Assembly (NCBI GenBank): GCA_964383635.1
Contig: CAYLIG010000001.1
Coordinates: 8,361 to 72,360 of the forward strand
Direction: 5' to 3'
DNA from: an uncultured Christensenella sp.
GTDB lineage: Bacteria > Bacillota > Clostridia > Christensenellales > CAG-138
DNA length: 64,000 nt
Shown: positions 36,495 to 45,562 of the stretch, one piece after another
How the letters are laid out: each line of letters starts with the position of its first letter
Numbering within the stretch: the first letter of the stretch is position 1
Made by a program: the position numbers and the translations under genes
The notes under the pieces: generated by a model
What the model saw: only the letters and a program-made list of their open reading frames with translations
What the model was told of the DNA's origin: nothing
Databases searched by the model: none

Positions 36495-38477
36495 GTGAGA
36501 AAAGAACTGGAGAGCTCGTTGACTGTGAAATTCAACATCGTCCCGGAATATATCTCTTTCGTTCTGCTGACGTTGATCTGCGTCTATATGCTGTCCGACA
36601 AAAAGACGCTCTCACCCAAGGAACTCACATTTCGATTCAGCTGTATATTCGCGATCATCGCAACTGTCAATAATATCGTCTCAATTTACGCGATCGAAAA
36701 CGCGGCGCGAATGCACGTGGCGTTTAACATCTATGTCAACTCGTTTTACTTTTTCTCCGTCGCGGTCATGACGACGATGGTCTCCATTACGACATATGTA
36801 TCCATGTTTGAGGGCAGATATGAAGAGCGGCGGTTGCGTGTGGCCGTCATCATATCGCTCTCTTATTTTATACTCGAGACCGCGTTGGTTCTTGTAAATC
36901 TTGCGACCGGATGGCTGTTTTATTTCGACGCGGACAAGGCCTATCATCGCGGTCCGCTGAATGCGGTCGGACTCTTGTTTCTTGCAATCTCAATCATCAA
37001 CGTACTGTGGTTTGGCATTTTGGAGTGGAAACGCGTTCGCAAGCTCTTTCGGCTTGTATTTTTTACGCTGCCGGCGATCGGCATCGTCATCGGCGCGATT
37101 CAATACCTATTCCCCACGACGATATTGACGGGAACGATCATCGCTTTTGCGCTCCTGACGCTCCTGATTTCGGGACAGCAGCAGCGCGCGCGTGTCGATG
37201 CGCTGACCGAATTGCCCAATCGCGAAGCTTTTTTTAATGACATCGACCGTCTCTGCCGGCAAAAGCAGCCGTATCGGATTATCGTCATCGGCCTGCGCAA
37301 TTTTAAACAGATCAACGGACAGTTCGGGCAGCGGGCTGGGGATGCTTTGCTGGTTTCTCTCGCCTCGTTTCTCTCGCATCTGAACCCGTGCGCCCTGGCT
37401 TATCGCTCCTCCGGCGTGCAGTTTATGCTCGTCGTTACGCAACTTGGGGAAAAAGAGTATGAATCACTGTTTTCCGCGGTGATGAATCGGTTTCATGAGC
37501 GCTGGGAAACAGGAGCGGAACAGGCCGAGCTGCACGCAATCTTCGCCGACGTCAAGTATCCCGATCATGCGGCGGATGTAGACGGCGTGATCGCCTCGCT
37601 GGAATATGCCACGCGGCTTGCCAAAGAGGACGCCAAGGGAAAGCCGGTGCGCTTCACAGCCGAACTGAAAAAAGCGTTTATCAGACGAAATTACGTGATT
37701 TCACAGATGGAAAAAGCGCTTCGAAAAGATCTGTTTTTCCTCAATATTCAGCCTGTATACGACGTAACCCGGAATCGTTTTGCCGGCGGCGAGGTGCTGC
37801 TGCGTCTCAACGAAGACAGCGGCATACCGATTTCGCCGGGCGAGTTCATCCCGTTTGCCATCGAAAGCGGTATTGCGACGAAACTGGGACTGATGGTTAT
37901 GGAAAAGACATGCCGGTTCTTGCAAAAGTACCGGGAGGAGGATATCGGCTGGCTTTCGATCAACGTCTCGTCCCAACAGGATGAGTTTGACGAAACCGCG
38001 CGTCATCTGGAGATGCTGCTGGATCGTTACGGTGTAGATCCGGGCCGTATCAAACTTGAAATTACGGAGACGGTGCTGCTCGAAGATTTGGATCGCGCGC
38101 GTGCGACGATGAATGAGCTGGGCAGGCAGGGGATCGGCGTGTATCTGGATGATTTCGGAACGGGCTACAGCAATCTCGTCAACGTAATGACGCTTCCGTT
38201 TGAATGCGTGAAGATTGACAAAGGGTTCATTCGCAATATTGCGAACAATCCCAAATCCAGCGGGATGCTGCAAACCATCGTAAGCGGGCTGAAGAGCCTG
38301 AATGTCATTGCGCTCGCCGAAGGCGTGGAAACGATGGAGCAGGACGAGATCGTCCGAAATCTTGGTATCGATCGAATTCAGGGTTACTATTACGCGCGCC
38401 CGATGCCGCCGGAGGAATTTGTCTGGATGCTGCGCGGCAAAGACGCCGCGCACAGCACGACGGACAAACAGCAATGA
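36495..38477 (+). CDS. Membrane sensor protein with degenerate GGDEF and intact EAL domain (predicted c-di-GMP phosphodiesterase)
   Basis: About 8 N-terminal TM spans. The GGDEF-fold region has SGVQF in place of GG[DE]EF. EAL domain blocks are GGEVLLR, SINVS, EITE, DDFGTGYS, KIDK, EGVE and QGYY. The start codon is uncertain (GTG 36495). Confidence 0.8.
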   Translation: MRKELESSLTVKFNIVPEYISFVLLTLICVYMLSDKKTLSPKELTFRFSCIFAIIATVNNIVSIYAIENAARMHVAFNIYVNSFYFFSVAVMTTMVSITTYVSMFEGRYEERRLRVAVIISLSYFILETALVLVNLATGWLFYFDADKAYHRGPLNAVGLLFLAISIINVLWFGILEWKRVRKLFRLVFFTLPAIGIVIGAIQYLFPTTILTGTIIAFALLTLLISGQQQRARVDALTELPNREAFFNDIDRLCRQKQPYRIIVIGLRNFKQINGQFGQRAGDALLVSLASFLSHLNPCALAYRSSGVQFMLVVTQLGEKEYESLFSAVMNRFHERWETGAEQAELHAIFADVKYPDHAADVDGVIASLEYATRLAKEDAKGKPVRFTAELKKAFIRRNYVISQMEKALRKDLFFLNIQPVYDVTRNRFAGGEVLLRLNEDSGIPISPGEFIPFAIESGIATKLGLMVMEKTCRFLQKYREEDIGWLSINVSSQQDEFDETARHLEMLLDRYGVDPGRIKLEITETVLLEDLDRARATMNELGRQGIGVYLDDFGTGYSNLVNVMTLPFECVKIDKGFIRNIANNPKSSGMLQTIVSGLKSLNVIALAEGVETMEQDEIVRNLGIDRIQGYYYARPMPPEEFVWMLRGKDAAHSTTDKQQ

Positions 38478-38500
38478 AATCGCTGCTTTGGCAGAAATAA

Positions 38501-38535
38501 ACACAGCGCCGCGAGAATGCGGCGCTGTGTTTTTT
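38501..38535. terminator. Bidirectional intrinsic terminator (GGDEF-EAL gene / proS)
   Basis: ACACAGCGCCGC-GAGAAT-GCGGCGCTGTGT followed by TTTTT, with AAATAAA upstream. Confidence 0.8.
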
Positions 38536-38557
38536 AGCTTTGCAAGGGTCGCTTGAT

Positions 38558-40294
38558 TCAGACCAGGTCGCCCTCGATTTGGTCAAAGAGCTCCTTTTTC
38601 AGCTCCAGCACGGCGGCGAGCGTCTCCGAAACGGGCACCTGCCGCTTCACCCGCTTGTCGCGCGTGGTGAGCTCCACCATGCCGGCGGCAAGGTTTCTCG
38701 GGCTGACGGTGAGCCTGATCGGCGCGCCGATGAGGTCGGCCTCCGAAAACATCACGCCCGCGCTGATCGTGCGGTCATCCATGATGGTGTCCACGCCCGC
38801 CTTCTGCAGCGCGGCATAGAGCTCCTCGCCGACGCGCTTGGGCTCCTCCTGATCGGCGCGCAGCACGCAGACCTGCGCCTCCCAGGGGGCGATGGTGATC
38901 GGCCAGATGGGGCCGTAGTCGTCGTGGCTTTCTTCGCAGACGCTCGCGGCGAGGCGGCCGACGCCGATGCCGTAGCAGCCCATGACGGGATACTGCAGCG
39001 CACCGTTCTCGTCGAGATACTGCATATCCATGCTGCGGGTGTATTTGTCCCCGAGCTGGAAGATGTTGCCGACCTCGATGCCGTTGCTGATGCGCAGCGT
39101 GGGTTTGCCGCAGACGGGGCAGATGCCGCCGGGAATCGCGCGGGCGACGTCGGCATAGCTTACCTTGCCGTAGTCACGCTCAATGTTGAAGCCGGTGTAG
39201 TGGTGATCGACCTTGTTCGCGCCGCAGACCAGCGCGCCGATACCCTCGAGCGAGCGGTCGAACAGCACGGTGATCTTGCTTGTGTCAAGCCCTTTCGGCC
39301 CGATGAAGCCTGCGACGATGCCGCTTTCGGGGGTGACGACGGCGGGATGGATCTCCGCGCCGATGGCGTTGCGCAGCTTGGTTTCGTGAATTTCGAGATC
39401 GCCGCGCACAAACGCGACGACATAGCTGTCGTCCGCGTTCCGCTGGTACACGACGGCCTTGCAGGTTGCGTTATGCGGCTTGTGCAAAAAGCCCGCGACC
39501 TCCTCGATGGTCGCCATGTCCGGCGTCGGCACGAGCGCGAGATCTTCGGTTTGGGACAGCGCGGAATTGTCCACCACGCTGGGGCAGGCTTCGATGTTCG
39601 CCTTGAAATCACAGTTTTCGCAGAGCACGAGCGTGTCCTCGCCGATGTCGGTGAGCAGCATGAACTCATGCGACACGCGTCCGCCCATCATGCCTGAGTC
39701 CGAAAGCACGGCGATGACGTTTTTGCAGCCCGCGCGCTTGAAAATGCGCTCGTAGGCGACATAGCAGCGATTGTAGTATTGTTCCAGATCCGCCTGCGAG
39801 GTATGGAAGGAATACGCGTCCTTCATCGTAAACTCGCGCACGCGAATTAAACCGCCGCGCGCGCGCGGTTCGTCGCGGAACTTGGTCTGAATCTGATAGA
39901 TCATGAACGGATATTTGGCGTAGCTCTTCGCCGCGTCGCGTGCAAGGTGAACCGCGGCCTCCTCGTGCGTCATGCCGAGCACCATGTCCGCGCCCATGCG
40001 GTCTGTTAAACGCACCAGCTCCTTGCCGACGCTGGTGAAACGTCCGCTCTCTTTCCACAAATCGGCGGGCAGCACGACGGGGAAGAGCACCTCCTGCCCG
40101 TCGATGGCGTCCATCTCCTCGCGGATGATGCGCTCGATCTTCTGCGTGATGCGCCGCGCGGGCGGCAGCAGCGTGTACACGCCCGTGTTGACCTGCTTGA
40201 TGTAGCCGCCGCGCACCATGAGCGCGTGGCTTTCAATTGTGCAGTCGGCGGGCTTTTCCTTGTAGCGCTCGCCGATGAGTTCGCTCATTTTCAT
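38558..40294 (-). CDS. proS: Proline--tRNA ligase (bacterial type with INS editing domain)
   Basis: ATG 40294 is 9 nt after GGGGAG. ALMVRGGYIKQ..., FRDEPRARGGLIRVREF and GCYGIGVGRL class II motifs. 578 aa. Confidence 0.9.
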   Translation of the reverse strand: MKMSELIGERYKEKPADCTIESHALMVRGGYIKQVNTGVYTLLPPARRITQKIERIIREEMDAIDGQEVLFPVVLPADLWKESGRFTSVGKELVRLTDRMGADMVLGMTHEEAAVHLARDAAKSYAKYPFMIYQIQTKFRDEPRARGGLIRVREFTMKDAYSFHTSQADLEQYYNRCYVAYERIFKRAGCKNVIAVLSDSGMMGGRVSHEFMLLTDIGEDTLVLCENCDFKANIEACPSVVDNSALSQTEDLALVPTPDMATIEEVAGFLHKPHNATCKAVVYQRNADDSYVVAFVRGDLEIHETKLRNAIGAEIHPAVVTPESGIVAGFIGPKGLDTSKITVLFDRSLEGIGALVCGANKVDHHYTGFNIERDYGKVSYADVARAIPGGICPVCGKPTLRISNGIEVGNIFQLGDKYTRSMDMQYLDENGALQYPVMGCYGIGVGRLAASVCEESHDDYGPIWPITIAPWEAQVCVLRADQEEPKRVGEELYAALQKAGVDTIMDDRTISAGVMFSEADLIGAPIRLTVSPRNLAAGMVELTTRDKRVKRQVPVSETLAAVLELKKELFDQIEGDLV

Positions 40295-40345
40295 AAAATC
40301 GTTCTCCCCGATGCCGGTAAAACATCTTTTTTTGTTAAACATCTT

Positions 40346-40374
40346 ATTATTGCGTAGAATAATCGATTTGGCAA
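40346..40374 (-). promoter_or_regulatory. Candidate proS promoter TTGCCA-17-AATAAT
   Basis: Minus strand reads TTGCCA aatcgattattctacgc AATAAT. Gives a ~45-nt leader containing the SD. Confidence 0.4.
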
Positions 40375-40439
40375 GGGGCGGCACGGGAAAACGTAGATTG
40401 AATTTTGCTGAATCTTTGGTGAGAAAGTCACGCTTTCGC

Positions 40440-40469
40440 TTGACAACGCCGCCGGGTTTGCCCTAAACT
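40440..40469 (+). promoter_or_regulatory. Candidate promoter TTGACA-18-TAAACT for the T-box leader
   Basis: Hexamers at 40440-40445 and 40464-40469. Confidence 0.4.
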
Positions 40470-40475
40470 AAACTA

Positions 40476-40760
40476 TAAATTTAAACAAAAAAGCGTTGCA
40501 TCGGAAAAGAGTAAGCGATTGCAGGCGTCAAAAGAGAGGGTTGGTCACCGGCTGAAAGCCGACCCGGACAAAGAACCGCCCAAGTGCCTTCCGAAAGCCG
40601 CCGCCGACAACCCGCCAGCGAAACGCGCAGGCAATAGTATCGGCGGACGCAGAAGCTGCGTTACAGCGATTGAGCGGGGGAAAACATGCGTTTTCTCCAA
40701 GTAAAGTGGAACCGCGATGCGCATTCGTCTTTATGATGGATGCGTATATTTTGTTATTTT
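40476..40760 (+). promoter_or_regulatory. T-box riboswitch leader (probable Cys specifier) controlling cysE-cysS
   Basis: AGAGUA at 40508-40513, AG-bay AGAGAG at 40533-40538, and the T-box sequence AAAGUGGAACCGCG at 40703-40716. This overlaps the 5' arm of a terminator helix (40717-40729 pairs with 40735-40747), which is followed by AUUUUGUUAUUUU. UGC at 40585-40587 sits on the 3' side of a hand-folded Stem I. Confidence 0.75.
40717..40760 (+). terminator. T-box terminator hairpin
   Basis: ATGCGCATTCGTC-TTTAT-GATGGATGCGTAT (13 bp including 3 G-U pairs) followed by a U-rich tract. Confidence 0.65.
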
Positions 40761-40800
40761 GGGCAGGCGGGGGTATCCTCTTCCTGCGAAAGGACAGCAG

Positions 40801-41538
40801 ATGATGTTTCAAACGCTCAGAAGCGATATACAGGCGGTGCTGCACCGCGATCCCGCCGCAAAGTCCGCGCTGGAGGTGCTGCTTTGCTATCCGGGGTTTC
40901 GCGCCGTGCGCATGCACCGACGGGCCAACTTTTTCTACCGGCACGGGATGCACCTTTTTGCGCGCATGACGAGCGAATGGTGCCGCTTTTCCACCGGCAT
41001 CGACATTCACCCGGGCGCGACCATCGGCAAGCGCCTCTTCATCGACCACGGCGAGGGCGTCGTAATCGGCGAGACGGCCGTCATCGGCGACGACGTGACC
41101 ATCTATCAGGGCGCGACGCTCGGCGGAACGGGCAAGCATACCGGAAAGCGGCATCCGACGGTTGGCAATCATGTGACCATATCCGCGGGCGCGAAGGTGC
41201 TCGGCCCGCTGACGGTTGGAGATCATGCTAAGATCGGCGCGGGCGCCGTGGTGCTCAAGGACGTGCCCGCGTTTTCCACGGTGGTTGGCGTGCCGGGGCA
41301 TGTCGTCCGGCTCTACGGATGCAAGGTGCCCTGCGAGCGCGTCGGCCGGTGTGACGACGGCAACTGCGAGTGTATCGGCACCGAGGACTGCGTCCGCATG
41401 AAGGAGGGCCTCGCCGGCGAGGCCGGCGTCGACCTCAACCAGGTCGACCTGCCGGATCCTGTGGAACTCCAGCTGCAGCAGCTCAAAAAGCGCCTGGACG
41501 CGCTGGAGGCGGCGCTGGACGGAAAAAGCAAAGAATGA
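40801..41538 (+). CDS. cysE: Serine O-acetyltransferase
   Basis: ATG 40801 after AAAGGA. DPAAKSALEVLLCYPGF, GIDIHPGATIGKRLFIDHGEGVVIGETAVIGDDVTIYQGATLGG hexapeptide repeats. Confidence 0.9.
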   Translation: MMFQTLRSDIQAVLHRDPAAKSALEVLLCYPGFRAVRMHRRANFFYRHGMHLFARMTSEWCRFSTGIDIHPGATIGKRLFIDHGEGVVIGETAVIGDDVTIYQGATLGGTGKHTGKRHPTVGNHVTISAGAKVLGPLTVGDHAKIGAGAVVLKDVPAFSTVVGVPGHVVRLYGCKVPCERVGRCDDGNCECIGTEDCVRMKEGLAGEAGVDLNQVDLPDPVELQLQQLKKRLDALEAALDGKSKE

Positions 41539-41602
41539 CACGGCCAAGCCGCGACGATTTTCGAAAAATATGATATAGTGAACAGAACACGGAGGAACCA
41601 CC

Positions 41603-42994
41603 ATGCAGATCTATAATACGATGACGCGCAAAAAGGAAGAGCTCGTTCCGCTCGTACCGGGTCAGATTTCAATGTATGCCTGCGGACCGACGGTCTATAA
41701 CTTTTTCCACATCGGCAACGCGCGCCCGTTTATCGTATTCGACACCCTGCGCCGCTATCTGGAATACCGCGGATATAATGTGCGCTTTGTGCAGAACTTC
41801 ACGGACATCGACGACAAGATGATCCGCCGCGCAAATGAAGAGGGCACGACGGTCAAAGAGCTCGGCGAGCGCTTCATCAAGGAATATTACCACGACGCGG
41901 ACGCGCTCGGCGTGCGCCGCGCGAGCAACAATCCGCGCGCGACCGAGCACATCGGCGAGATCATCTCCCTCGTCAAGACGCTGATCGAAAAAGGCCACGC
42001 CTACGCGACGCCGGAGGGGGACGTATACTTCTCCGTGCGCAGCTTTCCTGGATATGGCAAGCTCTCCGGCCAGAACATAGACGACCTTGAAAACGGCGCG
42101 CGCGTGGATCCGGACGAGGCCAAGCGCGACCCGCTCGACTTTGCGCTCTGGAAGGCGGAAAAGCCCGGCGAACCGAGCTGGGGCTCCCCCTGGGGCAAGG
42201 GCAGGCCGGGCTGGCACATCGAATGCTCCGCCATGAGCATGTCCATTCTCGGCGAAACGTTCGACATTCACGGCGGCGGGCAGGATCTCATCTTTCCGCA
42301 CCACGAGAACGAAATTGCGCAGAGCGAGGCGGCGACGGGGCACCCCTTTGCGCGCTATTGGATGCACAATGGCTATATCAACGTGGACAACCAGAAGATG
42401 AGCAAGTCCCTGAACAATTTCTTCACCGTCCGCGATATTGCAAAAGAATTCGATCTTGAGGCCGTGCGCATGTTCATGCTAGGCGTGCAGTATCGAAATC
42501 CCGTGAACTTCTCGCGCGAGATGATCCAGCAGGCGCAGAGCGCGCTGGATCGCCTGCGCACCGCAAAGGAGCGCCTTGCCGAAGCGCAGATTGCGCCGGA
42601 GGCGACGCCCGAGGACGCGGCGTTTGTCGGGCAGCTTGAGGACTTCAAGGCGCGCTTCAACGAGGCGATGGACGACGACCTGAACACGGCGGACGCGCTC
42701 GGCGTGCTCTTTGAGTTTGCGCGCGCGGCAAATACATTTGTCAGCGACCCGCGCGGCAAGGAAGCCGTCAAGGCGGGGAAAGCGCTCTTCGGCGAACTGA
42801 CCGGCGTTCTGGGGCTGCTCACGCGCGAAAAGGCGGAAGAGTTTCCCAAGGAAGCGCTCGACCTGCTGGAAGAACGGCAGACCGCGCGGAAAGCGAAGAA
42901 TTTCTCACGCGCGGACGAGATCCGCGACGCGCTGAGCAATATGGGCTATGCTGTGGAAGACACGCCAAACGGCCCGAAACTGAAGAAACTGTAA
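41603..42994 (+). CDS. cysS: Cysteine--tRNA ligase
   Basis: MYACGPTVYNFFHIGNARP (HIGH motif), KMSKS as QKMSKSLNNF, and WHIECSAM zinc site. Confidence 0.95.
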   Translation: MQIYNTMTRKKEELVPLVPGQISMYACGPTVYNFFHIGNARPFIVFDTLRRYLEYRGYNVRFVQNFTDIDDKMIRRANEEGTTVKELGERFIKEYYHDADALGVRRASNNPRATEHIGEIISLVKTLIEKGHAYATPEGDVYFSVRSFPGYGKLSGQNIDDLENGARVDPDEAKRDPLDFALWKAEKPGEPSWGSPWGKGRPGWHIECSAMSMSILGETFDIHGGGQDLIFPHHENEIAQSEAATGHPFARYWMHNGYINVDNQKMSKSLNNFFTVRDIAKEFDLEAVRMFMLGVQYRNPVNFSREMIQQAQSALDRLRTAKERLAEAQIAPEATPEDAAFVGQLEDFKARFNEAMDDDLNTADALGVLFEFARAANTFVSDPRGKEAVKAGKALFGELTGVLGLLTREKAEEFPKEALDLLEERQTARKAKNFSRADEIRDALSNMGYAVEDTPNGPKLKKL

Positions 42995-43084
42995 CAGGCA
43001 AACGGCTTTTTCAAACAACCCCCGAAAACGAAACAATAACGAAGCAATCGCGGACCAATAACAAAACGATAAGGAGAAAAACAT

Positions 43085-43600
43085 ATGACATCGGGTTCAC
43101 TTTCACTCTTCGACTGGCTGCTACTCGCCATGTCGGTCTACGTACTCTACGCTGGCGCCACCGGAAAGGGCCGTCTCTACAGCGTTGAAAACATCAAAGA
43201 GGACAAGCAGGAGGAATTCAAGAAATTCTCCCAGAGGATCTATATCTTCCTTGGCATCACGATGATCCTCAACAGCGGAACATCCATTCTGCGCAGCTAT
43301 ATCTATCCTGCGGATGCCACTACGGGCGCCGCGGCAACCACGCCGCAGATTGATCTTGGTGTATTTTCATTTTTAACATCGTCCGTGCTGAATATCATTT
43401 CGATCGTCGCGCTGGTTGTGACGCTTGGACTGATCGTTGTGCTCATCGTGATGATGCGTAAATTTGTCGACAAAGAAGCGCAGGCCAAGGCAAAAAGCGG
43501 TCAGGGTTCGTCCTCGTCCTGCGCGCGCGGCGGCTGCAACAACACGCTGCCGTCCTCCGCGTTTGAGTTTGACGACGAAGAAAAGACCGAACAGAAATAA
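43085..43600 (+). CDS. Small membrane protein, function unknown
   Basis: ATG 43085 after AAGGAGAAAAA. Three hydrophobic spans and a Ser/Cys/acidic C-terminal tail. No family recognised. Confidence 0.55.
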   Translation: MTSGSLSLFDWLLLAMSVYVLYAGATGKGRLYSVENIKEDKQEEFKKFSQRIYIFLGITMILNSGTSILRSYIYPADATTGAAATTPQIDLGVFSFLTSSVLNIISIVALVVTLGLIVVLIVMMRKFVDKEAQAKAKSGQGSSSSCARGGCNNTLPSSAFEFDDEEKTEQK

Positions 43601-43612
43601 GATTTTCCGGCG

Positions 43613-43652
43613 AAAAAAAGTCCGGACGGCGATTGCCATCCGGACTTTTTTT
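43613..43652. terminator. Bidirectional intrinsic terminator
   Basis: AAAAAAAGTCCGGA-(12 nt)-TCCGGACTTTTTTT. Confidence 0.8.
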
Positions 43653-43668
43653 GCTGTCTGTTTGCTTG

Positions 43669-45561
43669 TCAGGAGAGCTCGAACATGCCCATGTAGAGCT
43701 GGTAATACTTGCCCATCTGGGAGAGCAGATCGTCATGGTCGCCGCGCTCGATTACCTCGCCGCGCTCCAGAACAAGTATGGCGTTGCTGTTGCGAACCGT
43801 CGAGAGCCGGTGCGCGATGACGAACACCGTGCGCCCCTTCATCAGCCGATCCATGCCTTTTTCAATCAGCGATTCCGTGCGCGTGTCGATGCTGCTGGTC
43901 GCTTCGTCCAGAATCAGCACCGGCGGGTTGGCGACCGCCGCGCGCGCGATGGCGAGCAGCTGGCGCTGCCCCTGCGAAAGGTTTGCGCCGTCGGCGGTGA
44001 GCACCGTGTCGTAACCCTGCGGCAGATGCTTGATGAACGAATGCGCGTTGGCGAGCTTTGCCGCTTCGACGATCTCGTCGTCCGTCGCGTCCAGCCGCCC
44101 GTAGCGGATGTTGTCCCGCACGGTGCCGGTGAAGAGATGCGTGTCCTGCAGCACCATGGAAAGCGAGCGGCGCAGGGAGTCCTTTTTAATTTGCTTGATG
44201 TCGATGCCGTCGTAGGTGATGGACCCGCGCTGCACGTCGTAGAAGCGGTTGATGAGGTTTGTAATCGTCGTCTTGCCCGCTCCCGTAGAGCCGACAAACG
44301 CAATCTTCTGGCCGGGTTTGGCGAACAGGTTGACGTTTTTGAGCACATCCACCTTGCCGTCATAGCTGAAGGTGACGTCGTGGAAGCGCACGTCGCCCCG
44401 GAGCTCGGCATACTCGAATTCACCGTTTTCCAGCGAACGCTTCCAGGCCCACTGGTTGGTGCAGCAGTTCACCTCGTGAAGAACGCCGGACTCGTCCCGC
44501 TCCACGTTGACGAGCGTGACCGTGCCTTCGTCTACCTCCGGCTCGGCGTCTATGAGCTCAAAGATGCGCTCCGCGCCGGCCAGCGCGCTGACAAAGCCGT
44601 TGAAGAGCTGCGAAACCTGCACGAGCGGCTGGCTGAACGAGCGCGTGTATTGCAGGAACGCGGCAAGCGTGCCGATGTCCGCGCGGCCGAGGATTGCGAG
44701 CCCCGCGCCTGCCGCGGCAGCCGCCGCGTAAAGCGCATAGCTGAGGTTGCCCATGATGGGCATGAGCACCATGGCGTAGGTCATTGCGGAGGTGGAGGTC
44801 TGCCGGAGTTCTTCGTTGCGTTTTTCAAACTCGCCTGAGACATACTGCTCGCGGCAGAACACCTTGACCTCGCGCTGGCCTTCGATCATCTCTTCAATAT
44901 AGCCGTTGACGCCCGCCAGCGACTTTTGCCGCTTGCTGAAGAAGAAGGCGGACTTCTTGCCGAGCTTCTGCACCACGAGCAGCATGAGCGCGAACACGAC
45001 AAGCACGAGCGCCGTGAGGATCGGGGAGAGCACGAACATCATGAGGAGCACGCCGATGACCGTAATCGTGCTGGTCAGCAGCATCGGCAGACCCTGGCTG
45101 AGCATGTCGCGCAGCGCGTCCGTATCGTTGGAAAAGCGGCTCATGATCTCGCCGTGTGTCTGGGAGTCAAAATAGCGCAGCGGGAGCTTTTCGAGCTTGG
45201 TGAACATATCCACGCGAACCGCTTCAAGCGTCGCCGTGGAGACGTTGACGACGAGCCGGTTGACGATGTAGGTCGTCAGCGCGCCCATTCCGTAGACCGC
45301 CGCGAGGATCGCGATGTATCGGAAGAACACCGTAAAGTCCGTGGACTTCGTCTGCAGCATCTGCCCGATCTGGTTGATGATGGGCTTGAGCAGGTAGGTA
45401 CCCGCAACGCCCGCGCCCGCCGAAACGAGCAGGCCGACCACAATGATGATCAGACTGATCGTGTGAGGCTTGAGATAGCCGAACAGCCGGCCAAAGGTTT
45501 TCGCCGTGTTTTTCGGCTTGCTATGCGCGCCGTGCGCGCCGTGCGACATTGGACCCGGCAT
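43669..45561 (-). CDS. ABC exporter half-transporter (TMD-NBD), consensus-site subunit
   Basis: Walker A GSTGAGKTT and Walker B VLILDEATSSID, but signature LSQGQRQL (degenerate). Six-TM exporter-type N-terminal half. Confidence 0.85.
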   Translation of the reverse strand: MPGPMSHGAHGAHSKPKNTAKTFGRLFGYLKPHTISLIIIVVGLLVSAGAGVAGTYLLKPIINQIGQMLQTKSTDFTVFFRYIAILAAVYGMGALTTYIVNRLVVNVSTATLEAVRVDMFTKLEKLPLRYFDSQTHGEIMSRFSNDTDALRDMLSQGLPMLLTSTITVIGVLLMMFVLSPILTALVLVVFALMLLVVQKLGKKSAFFFSKRQKSLAGVNGYIEEMIEGQREVKVFCREQYVSGEFEKRNEELRQTSTSAMTYAMVLMPIMGNLSYALYAAAAAAGAGLAILGRADIGTLAAFLQYTRSFSQPLVQVSQLFNGFVSALAGAERIFELIDAEPEVDEGTVTLVNVERDESGVLHEVNCCTNQWAWKRSLENGEFEYAELRGDVRFHDVTFSYDGKVDVLKNVNLFAKPGQKIAFVGSTGAGKTTITNLINRFYDVQRGSITYDGIDIKQIKKDSLRRSLSMVLQDTHLFTGTVRDNIRYGRLDATDDEIVEAAKLANAHSFIKHLPQGYDTVLTADGANLSQGQRQLLAIARAAVANPPVLILDEATSSIDTRTESLIEKGMDRLMKGRTVFVIAHRLSTVRNSNAILVLERGEVIERGDHDDLLSQMGKYYQLYMGMFELS

Positions 45562-45562
45562 G

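Noticed and set aside
40295-40475. Possible T-box or other riboswitch on the minus strand for proS
   Set aside because: The reverse complement has no T-box core (GGUGGNACCGCG-like), no AG bay and no terminator/antiterminator pair. A plausible promoter leaves only a ~45-nt leader.
40573-40578. GAA-CCG as a proline specifier in the T-box
   Set aside because: In my hand fold these bases pair within Stem I (CGCC with GGCG). The leader reads toward cysE-cysS, and UGC sits in the adjacent loop. It is kept only as a caveat.
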